Part shown: one piece after another, positions 56,673 through 64,000 of the stretch
Numbering within the stretch: position 1 is the stretch's first letter
Layout: every line of letters begins with the position of its first letter
Origin: a bacterium
GTDB taxonomy: Bacteria; Patescibacteriota; Minisyncoccia; Ryanbacterales; GWA2-47-10b
DNA length: 64,000 bases
Assembly (NCBI GenBank): GCA_027624915.1
Contig: JAQBTR010000003.1
Span: 5,627-69,626 of the forward strand
Reading direction: 5' to 3'
The notes under the pieces: generated by a model
What the model was told of the DNA's origin: nothing
Databases searched by the model: none
Seen by the model: only the letters and a program-made list of their open reading frames with translations
Position numbers and translations under genes: made by a program

Positions 56673-57875
56673 TTAAAAAAGAGATTCTCGAATCATGGTG
56701 AGCGCTCTTTCAACCCAAAACTTCCCCGCTTGAGGACCACCTCCACATGTCCCATCTGATTCACCTGGTGGCTTTATCCATAAAAAGGCATCAATACCTA
56801 CAGCTCCTGTCTCTCTTGTTGGGAGCGCACCAATTGCTACACCAGGAGTGTTGCACCATTCGGTATCTTCTATCGCCCGGCCATTTCTACTTGTATCAAT
56901 AATGAAGTGCTTACCCCCCAAGAGGCCTGAAACTGTCTGTCCGTAAGAAATCTCATCATTTAGTTGCTGATAGTTTGCAACATTGGTAAAAAAGCCGTCA
57001 GCTCTGTCTATTCCGCTTCTTTTTAAAGCTGAAGCCATAATAGCTGGTGAGCGCCAATTACCATGACCGCCATCCAAATAGACTCGAGCATTCTTGTTGT
57101 GATCTTTTATATACTCAACTGCTGATTTAAGTTCGCTTGCTCGAACCGCCTGATCCTCGGAAGAAAGGTTTGGAAATAAGCCAATGGCGTCCGGTTCAAG
57201 TACAATCCAAACAGAATTATCGCCAATTCCTTCAGAGATACGCTGTATCCAATCTGAGTACTTTACTGTTTTACCAACACCACTCCACCACGTTAGTGTA
57301 GTGTGGTCTGGTATATTATAAAGAACCAATATGGGGATTTTTTTTGCATCAGCCGCTTGAGTGACCATAGTCTTCGCACGTTCTGAAACAAAATTAAGAT
57401 CATCTCCAATAATCCACACCCCTTGAGGAATACAAGCTATACGTTCAAGGAGTTTTGCATCAGCATCATTACCCTCTTGTTTGAGACGGTCAAGTTCACG
57501 TGCTGCCTGAGATTTTGGATCACGAAAAAAACTTGACGACTCTAAAAAGCTAGCACAATCAAATGCTATTTTTTTAGGTGGAGGTAGTGAAGGCGGGACA
57601 ATCACTGAAGGTGGTAATACTGTTACCGGAGGGAGTGTGTCTATAATAATTTCATCCCCATTATCAGTTATTACTTCATTGAGCTCGTTATTTTCTTTTT
57701 CTGATAAATCATCGCCCGGTAAGATATGAATTTCAACGTCAGGACCGTGGAGGTCGACACTAACCTTTTCAAAACTCAAAACCAAAAACAAGCCTAAGAG
57801 CACAGAAAAAAATAGACCCGTCCAAAGGATGACGGTGCTTAACAAAACAGATTTTTTTGTCTTTTTTTGCGCCAT
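56673..57875 (-). CDS. GH6 glycoside hydrolase, membrane anchored via Pro-rich linker
   Basis: VLEPDA, YLDGGH..W, FFTNVANY, IDTSRNG, WCN, WIKPPGESDG. Confidence 0.92.
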   Translation of the reverse strand: MAQKKTKKSVLLSTVILWTGLFFSVLLGLFLVLSFEKVSVDLHGPDVEIHILPGDDLSEKENNELNEVITDNGDEIIIDTLPPVTVLPPSVIVPPSLPPPKKIAFDCASFLESSSFFRDPKSQAARELDRLKQEGNDADAKLLERIACIPQGVWIIGDDLNFVSERAKTMVTQAADAKKIPILVLYNIPDHTTLTWWSGVGKTVKYSDWIQRISEGIGDNSVWIVLEPDAIGLFPNLSSEDQAVRASELKSAVEYIKDHNKNARVYLDGGHGNWRSPAIMASALKRSGIDRADGFFTNVANYQQLNDEISYGQTVSGLLGGKHFIIDTSRNGRAIEDTEWCNTPGVAIGALPTRETGAVGIDAFLWIKPPGESDGTCGGGPQAGKFWVERALTMIRESLF

Positions 57876-57884
57876 TATCTAAGT

Positions 57885-58883
57885 CTACTCAATCTCTCTA
57901 ATTAAATAGTTATCAAATTCGACATCCATAAAATCTGTACGGATGCCAGCATGTCCCTCTTTTAGGAATGGAGCACCTGCTTGGGAACCATCGTCTATGG
58001 CTTCTGCCACAAGCTTCCAATCACCCTTGTTATATTCATCTAAGTATAACTGAATGAGAACCGTATTATCTTCTTGGGTCTGGACAACACTTTTAAGCCC
58101 AAGCCACTGTTTATGGGGCAAAAGATTTGGGTGCGTATCTCTATTATATTCACCCTCAAAATATGGTTGATAATCTAATGTATAATATTCCCCTCCTATC
58201 TTCTTTTTAATGACCGCTGCTCCATCCACACGAATTCCAGCATAGTAGAGATTGTCCCCATCTTGGTATCTATTAAACGAAAGAATTCCATTAGACTCTG
58301 CTCGATTAGTACTTTGAGATAGGTTGTCTTTTGTAATCGAAAAATCAAAAGACTGAATAAAGGTCTTCCAGGTATCATGGGTTACAAGTCTAAATAAATT
58401 TTGCGGGTAACGACCTTCATCGGTATCATCTGGATCATTACTTAGATATAACTTACGCCAAGATGAATTGTCTTCAAGGGGGCCCTGAATGGTTCTAAAG
58501 ACTCCCCGTTCAATGACTAAAAAAGCACCTGAGTTCAACCACCAATAAGGACTTGAACTGTTTTTAGGCAAACCTGCCTCCTGTAAAACACCGTCCACAT
58601 TAGCCGAAAAAGAGAAAAATCCAGACACTTCTTTTTGAAAGACTTCTTGAGAAGATGTACTAGCTACTAGATTATTTACTGGAGTAGGAAGAACGACCTT
58701 AGAATGATTTCTGTTCATCTTAGAGAAAACTCTTTCCGCAATACTTTGTTCTTCTTTCTCATTTAAACTTAAAATAGAATTGGGTTGGCTCTTAAAAAAT
58801 ATGTATTTCCAGGAAACAAAACCGTTCCACACCAGAAGTAGGGGCAAGAGAAAAACGAATATAATTTGTACGTTTTTTTTCAC
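57885..58883 (-). CDS. ConA-like lectin/DUF1080-like domain protein
   Basis: N-terminal TM; beta-sandwich pattern (NLYYAGIR, GHAGIRTD..VEFDNY). Confidence 0.6.
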   Translation of the reverse strand: MKKNVQIIFVFLLPLLLVWNGFVSWKYIFFKSQPNSILSLNEKEEQSIAERVFSKMNRNHSKVVLPTPVNNLVASTSSQEVFQKEVSGFFSFSANVDGVLQEAGLPKNSSSPYWWLNSGAFLVIERGVFRTIQGPLEDNSSWRKLYLSNDPDDTDEGRYPQNLFRLVTHDTWKTFIQSFDFSITKDNLSQSTNRAESNGILSFNRYQDGDNLYYAGIRVDGAAVIKKKIGGEYYTLDYQPYFEGEYNRDTHPNLLPHKQWLGLKSVVQTQEDNTVLIQLYLDEYNKGDWKLVAEAIDDGSQAGAPFLKEGHAGIRTDFMDVEFDNYLIREIE

Positions 58884-58905
58884 CTTTAGAAAGATATATT
58901 AATAA

Positions 58906-60528
58906 TTAATTTTGAGAACCCACAGCTATTATAGACAAGTCTTTTATAATAACCTCGCTCTTGCCAGGAACAGGGTCCCAGACCTTGAACCCAATACCTC
59001 CTCGACTCAATTTTGGATGCACATACTCAGTTGACACCAACATTTTCCCATCAATAAAACACTGAGTTTTATCGCCCGTTGTTATCATTTCAAAAACTGC
59101 AGCGTCCCAAGAGAACACATCTTTAAGCTTAAGATCAACGATCTCATATTTATGACCGTCAACATATTCATCCAAATGAATATACTCCCCCGTGACACTA
59201 CATGACAGATAGTTATTACTATCTGTATATCGTCCCGCTAAAGAAAAGGATGTCCCCCTGATCCAGTCAACAGTTACAGTAAGATGATAGTCACTTAAAT
59301 TTCTTGCGCCATCAAGAAATACTGCGGCCCCTGTTTTATCTTCATCTGCGCTTAAGGTCAACTCAGAGTCCTTTATGCTAAAAGTGCTCCACGCCCTAAC
59401 CCAATCTTCTTCCGAAAGAAGATCATCCATATAAATTGGTAACTGATGAGATTGGCCAGAGTTTAATATGTTTAATAAATCATTATCGTTCCAATTAGGG
59501 TCAACCCCTATACGTTTGATCAAAAAAGTATTATCGCCAAAGAAGTTCTGTGTAAATCCAGCACTTGGGAACGTCTGAAAGAATGCCATAGAGTAATTAT
59601 CACCAACAGAAGAAAGTAAAACCCGTCGAGCATCTACATAGTTTGTATAACCTTGAGCAAAATCTCCATAAGGAAACGCGAAGACGTCAGAATTAATACC
59701 CAAAACACGATTTAATTGTTCTTTTGTTTTTGCAAGGTCCTTAGCTATACGTTCTTTATATTCCTCATTGGTTTCAACTCGTCCCAAAGATTCTATCCAA
59801 AGCTTATTAGAATAATAATGACCTTCTTCCTTATCCTTAGAAGTCGGAATAAAAATATGTCCATCATAAGCATGAGCTTCTACTTCCCATCGACCGCTAT
59901 GGATCATTAAGCGTAATTCGTCTGAATTCAAATAGTAACCATTGATATTGTTCTCGGCCAATGACCGTCCTGCAATAATAAAAGTGACGGCCTGATAATC
60001 AAGAGCTCGAAGTATGGGATCCACAGGATAATAACTAGATTTTGCCCCATCATCAAACGTCAACAAAAAGGATTTTTTTGGGAGTTTTTGATCACCCCTC
60101 ATGAAAGCAGTGAAATCCTCTAAATTAATAGTTTTCCACCCCTCCTTCTTTAGACGGAACATTTGTGATTCAAACATATCCCTTGTCACATTTTTTCCAT
60201 CTGGCTCATCAAGAATTCCGTGATACAAAAGAACTGGTATAGATTCGGCAAACCCCGAGGCAGAGGCAGACACAACCTCTGAATTCTTCTGAAAAATAGT
60301 ACCAATACTACCAAGAAGGCCTCTTTCACTGTAGCCACGCTTTGTCAGATAAAAATAATAAGAAACATCGCCCTTAAAGCTCAATAGCTCTCTCTTGACC
60401 ATCTGTTCTGGATATCCTCCCAAAAGAGAGAAGTAAGACACACCTAAGAAGAGAGCCATAAAAACAAAACTCATTTTTAGAACTTTGGTTTTTGAAAAAT
60501 CGAGATAAGTCATTATCTTGTCCCCCAT
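58906..60528 (-). CDS. polysaccharide deacetylase (CE4, PgaB/IcaB-like) with C-terminal beta-sandwich
   Basis: PVLLYH, LTFDDG, EAHAYDGH, FAFPYG. Confidence 0.92.
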   Translation of the reverse strand: MGDKIMTYLDFSKTKVLKMSFVFMALFLGVSYFSLLGGYPEQMVKRELLSFKGDVSYYFYLTKRGYSERGLLGSIGTIFQKNSEVVSASASGFAESIPVLLYHGILDEPDGKNVTRDMFESQMFRLKKEGWKTINLEDFTAFMRGDQKLPKKSFLLTFDDGAKSSYYPVDPILRALDYQAVTFIIAGRSLAENNINGYYLNSDELRLMIHSGRWEVEAHAYDGHIFIPTSKDKEEGHYYSNKLWIESLGRVETNEEYKERIAKDLAKTKEQLNRVLGINSDVFAFPYGDFAQGYTNYVDARRVLLSSVGDNYSMAFFQTFPSAGFTQNFFGDNTFLIKRIGVDPNWNDNDLLNILNSGQSHQLPIYMDDLLSEEDWVRAWSTFSIKDSELTLSADEDKTGAAVFLDGARNLSDYHLTVTVDWIRGTSFSLAGRYTDSNNYLSCSVTGEYIHLDEYVDGHKYEIVDLKLKDVFSWDAAVFEMITTGDKTQCFIDGKMLVSTEYVHPKLSRGGIGFKVWDPVPGKSEVIIKDLSIIAVGSQN

Positions 60529-61835
60529 CTAGAGTCTCTAATAGTAAACATCGCCCAGGGCAACTGCCACATCAACATAACCGTATAAAACCAAAAAGTC
60601 AGGACAGACAAAAGCCACGCGCGCGGTCCAACTTGCGTGCGATAATAGATACCATGAAGTAACAACATGAGAAACAACCCGGTTAAATAAGCAAGTGGGA
60701 AAATACCTGTCAAATAGGGGTGCCATAACATAGCCCTTATAAAAACAATTGGTGACGTTATAGCTAGAAAGACATAAGCATAGTAAGAAATAGCAGCAAA
60801 AATATTTTTACGCCACATAAAAGCACTAGCTATGATAGTCTCTCTAACCCAGGACTTTTTCCATCTTTGCTGCTGTTTAATATATTTACCTATCGTGTGC
60901 GGCACAACGGTGTACGCCTTAGCTTCAGGTGAATAAACAGCTTCATATTTTTGAATAATAAAATTAGTCAAACTCCGATCATCACCAAAAGTACATTTAC
61001 TCCCCAAGAATGTTTGATTCAACCAAGGATCAAGAAACTCAAGCAGATATGACCGACGATATGCAGAACAACACCCAGGACAACAAGTAACATTCCCAAA
61101 AACAGATTCTGCCGCCTTATATATACTAAAAGCAATATAATACCGTGTGGCCTGCATTTGCGTCAAAAGATTCGTCTCTCTATTAAATACATCTGTATGA
61201 CCCGAAACTGCTCCAATTCTTGGATTTGAGAAGTACTTGACCAAATGCTTAACACAATCTGGTTCAATAAAGCTGTCTGAATCGATAAATATAACAATAT
61301 CATGCTTTGCTCTTTTTACGCCCTCAGCCATCCCATCTCTCTTCCCTCGATTTATCTTCCAATTTACTACTGTCATGGGAATGGTGCCCTTTACCTCTTT
61401 TTGAATTTTTAACATTTCTCCATGTGTGTTATCGGTAGATCCATCATTTATGGCAATAATTTCGATTCTGTCTTTCGGATAATTTACATGTACAAAGCGT
61501 CTTACCGTCTCAGCAATATTGTCTTCTTCATTTTTTGCCGGTACAACAAAAGTGATCGATGGCTGATATGACTCATCGTGCTCAATAGATCTATGGAAAT
61601 GAGAAAGAAAAAATCTAGAAAGAATATAGATAAAAATAACCAAACTGTAGATCGTAAAAAACATTGTTCCGCCACGAAAATTGGTCGTCGAAACTTTAAA
61701 TAAAAAAATTACATAGAGAACCAAAAAAAAGACAAGCCAAAAAGCAACGTCCCTGAATAGGATGCCTTTGTTTTTGACTCTATTGATAAAAGAAAAATAA
61801 CTTTCTTTTATCTCTTGATAAGATTTATTTTTCAC
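60513..61835 (-). CDS. processive GT2 polysaccharide synthase (hyaluronan synthase/NodC/IcaA-like)
   Basis: NDGSTD, GKRDG, DSDS, CCPGCCSAYR, FLGSKCTFGDDRSLT, QQQRWKKS, TM helices. Confidence 0.92.
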   Translation of the reverse strand: MKNKSYQEIKESYFSFINRVKNKGILFRDVAFWLVFFLVLYVIFLFKVSTTNFRGGTMFFTIYSLVIFIYILSRFFLSHFHRSIEHDESYQPSITFVVPAKNEEDNIAETVRRFVHVNYPKDRIEIIAINDGSTDNTHGEMLKIQKEVKGTIPMTVVNWKINRGKRDGMAEGVKRAKHDIVIFIDSDSFIEPDCVKHLVKYFSNPRIGAVSGHTDVFNRETNLLTQMQATRYYIAFSIYKAAESVFGNVTCCPGCCSAYRRSYLLEFLDPWLNQTFLGSKCTFGDDRSLTNFIIQKYEAVYSPEAKAYTVVPHTIGKYIKQQQRWKKSWVRETIIASAFMWRKNIFAAISYYAYVFLAITSPIVFIRAMLWHPYLTGIFPLAYLTGLFLMLLLHGIYYRTQVGPRAWLLSVLTFWFYTVMLMWQLPWAMFTIRDSRWGTR

Positions 61836-61882
61836 TTTTTTAGTTACGAATTCTAATCTAGCACTCCAGTATTCTTCATCAC

Positions 61883-64000
61883 CTAGAGTGTCACATCAAA
61901 TGTGGTTGCGTCGTTAACCCACTCATAGAGTCCTGTCCAGTTGAGTCGAATTAAACCAACCGCAACACGATATGTTCCTGGGCCTGGAGCCACCCACTCA
62001 AAATCAAAGGTTCTTTCTTCTCCTATCTGAAACGTATCGCCGTTTCGTATGAGCTGAGCAACGAGAACATCAGAAAAATCGTAAACCTCCATATTGATTA
62101 CAACATGCCCTGGCTCATCACCTAGGTTGTGAACAGTCATTGAAATCATGTGTGAACCATCACCTTGTAACTCTGACGTCGTAACAACGTGTGTTGGTGC
62201 GAATAAATCAGTTAAAACCAAAGGACCACCGTTTGACCATGATGGGTCCTGATCGTCGCCACCATCCGTTGAGCCGAATTTTCCGTGGTGACCACTATTA
62301 CTCTTATCTAAGATGTCTTGACCGAATCCCTCAATAAATTGCCAGTATTTTATGAGCCCAATACGGTCGTCATCTGCTAAGACAGATCCAATATTACCCG
62401 CGATCTGAACATCAGTCCTTACAACATTCCAGACGCGCACATCATCTAGAGTTCCGTCAAATGCTTTTATAGCAAGAATTGCGGGCTCTGCGCCGATCCA
62501 CACAGGATCAAGGTTTCGATCGATAACACCTATTTTAGCTACCGAGTCAACAAGAATACCATCTTGGTAAAGATTCATGAATGAACCGTCATACGACACC
62601 GCCGCATGTGTTTGTGCGCCTGGCACAACTGTTCCACCCACAAGTAATGAAGGTACTCCATCTGTACTTAATATAAACTCAAGAGATCCTGCTGCTGTGA
62701 CACCCAATGACCACGATGTACCTGTAAGATGCTTAGAGATAAGTTTTTGATCTACACCTATGGCATCAGCAGTAAAGAGCGCCTCAATAGTAAATGAGTC
62801 TTCTTCAATATCCCATACGCCAACATCTACATAATCATCAACCCCATCAAAAATAATAGATTGACTTGAGTATACAATTGGCTCCCCCTCACAAACACCC
62901 TGACCGAGTACTGGATAAGTAAATGTTGAGGTGTGATCTCCCCATGAATTTTTAGTCCATCCAGAAGGACCCGAATTTTCGAATGAAGAATTGGCAATCA
63001 AATTAATTGAAGACTCTAATGATGACAAAGATGCACGATCAATCACCAATGAACCATCCTCCTCGATGAGATGGTATACCGTTGCTTCTAGTGCGTTTGG
63101 TGGCATTTCAAACTCAAATGAACTGAGCTGCCAATCTGCTGATGACGGCAAAGATCCAATGAGCATGTACACCGTTCCAGAATCAGTAATTACTTCGGCA
63201 ACAATCTTACTTGAAATATCAGAGATATAATAATCCTGGTAGGTATACATTGCGGAACCAACAACCGATACTGGACTGTGTCGCCACTTTGCATCTCCAC
63301 CTACATAGCTTGAAATCTCAACGTGAGCACCACGAATCGTACATGCTTCAATTTTTTCATATCCAAACTGAACTAGAGCCGCATATCCATTTTCATAATA
63401 TTCAACTCTGATTTCATGAACACCTGGTGATAGAACAATCTCGGCACTGTATGTTGTTGCTGCCTGATCATGCCACTCATTAATAATCGCAACATCGTCA
63501 ACAAACACGCGCACTCCATCATCTGCGGTAATCGTAAATCGATATGTTCCGTCTTCAAATTCATCTTGTCTAATCCACTGTGCTGAGAAGTTATCTGGCT
63601 GAATGAGTGGGTCTGGAGAGCCACCGTCACCCCAATCAAAATCAATAGATGCATCATCTCTAACTAAAATTGGTGCACCAGCTAAATCCTTATTAGTAAA
63701 GTACCTTGAACAGAAGGTCTCTCTACCAAGCACACCTGGAACTGGATGTGTAAATACAGATGTATTTGAACCCCATGAGTTTTGTATCCATCCAGAAGGA
63801 CCGGGTGTTTCAAATGAAGCGTTTAGTATCAAGTTGGTATTAGTACCAGTCTCGACAAAACGATATCCATCTACAGTTAATTCTCCAACACTGTTTACCA
63901 AGTGAAATACTGTGGCTGCAGTAACATCGGCTGGAATAACAAATAATGCTTCGTTCTTAGTCCAATCAATAGCCGCTGGTCGAGTGCCAAGCCACATATA
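61883..64000 (-). CDS. multidomain carbohydrate-binding protein (CBM-like repeats, PA14, LamG); probably 5' truncated by window
   Basis: Two NxSFE..GPSGW..NSWG repeats, PA14 (IDFDWG..P, DNFSAQW, ADDGVR), LamG (FDGVDDY..FDGTLDDVRVW); frame open to window end. Confidence 0.85.
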   Translation of the reverse strand, partial: YMWLGTRPAAIDWTKNEALFVIPADVTAATVFHLVNSVGELTVDGYRFVETGTNTNLILNASFETPGPSGWIQNSWGSNTSVFTHPVPGVLGRETFCSRYFTNKDLAGAPILVRDDASIDFDWGDGGSPDPLIQPDNFSAQWIRQDEFEDGTYRFTITADDGVRVFVDDVAIINEWHDQAATTYSAEIVLSPGVHEIRVEYYENGYAALVQFGYEKIEACTIRGAHVEISSYVGGDAKWRHSPVSVVGSAMYTYQDYYISDISSKIVAEVITDSGTVYMLIGSLPSSADWQLSSFEFEMPPNALEATVYHLIEEDGSLVIDRASLSSLESSINLIANSSFENSGPSGWTKNSWGDHTSTFTYPVLGQGVCEGEPIVYSSQSIIFDGVDDYVDVGVWDIEEDSFTIEALFTADAIGVDQKLISKHLTGTSWSLGVTAAGSLEFILSTDGVPSLLVGGTVVPGAQTHAAVSYDGSFMNLYQDGILVDSVAKIGVIDRNLDPVWIGAEPAILAIKAFDGTLDDVRVWNVVRTDVQIAGNIGSVLADDDRIGLIKYWQFIEGFGQDILDKSNSGHHGKFGSTDGGDDQDPSWSNGGPLVLTDLFAPTHVVTTSELQGDGSHMISMTVHNLGDEPGHVVINMEVYDFSDVLVAQLIRNGDTFQIGEERTFDFEWVAPGPGTYRVAVGLIRLNWTGLYEWVNDATTFDVTL

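Overview
Chromosomal window, most genes on the minus strand. The gene content and style point to a Patescibacteria/CPR (Parcubacteria-like) bacterium: class I LysRS, two mreB genes, short HolB- and FtsL-like proteins, helicase-degenerate PriA, a GPGGC cysteine-repeat protein and an HTH-led giant protein. This taxonomy is inferred, not searched. The core backbone is recR (3' end), rplU, rmuC, rnr, a pseudouridine synthase, mraZ-rsmH-ftsL-ftsI-murF, lysS, greA, mreBCD-mrdA, proS, rseP, frr, a second mreB, murA, murC and priA-def-fmt. There are three accessory zones. (1) At about 0.2-8.6 kb: three degenerate RelE/ParE-fold paralogs alternating with opposite-strand partner genes, a tandem orphan paralog pair, a decayed recombinase relic at tRNA-Glu, and a segment bracketed by identical hairpins. 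(2) At about 31-48 kb: a 3077-aa HTH-TM-fibre protein heads a tightly packed gene chain, mostly translationally coupled, of membrane protein, polyprenyl-PP synthase, UbiA prenyltransferase, CrtC/AttH-like protein, diiron protein, degenerate flavoprotein and methyltransferase remnants, ending in murC. This is the best candidate for an undescribed isoprenoid/meroterpenoid system. (3) At about 56-64 kb: an exopolysaccharide locus (hyaluronan-synthase-like GT2, deacetylase, lectin-like protein, atypical GH6, PA14/LamG protein) next to a candidate structured small RNA. All family calls come from motif recognition by eye; no database searches were run.
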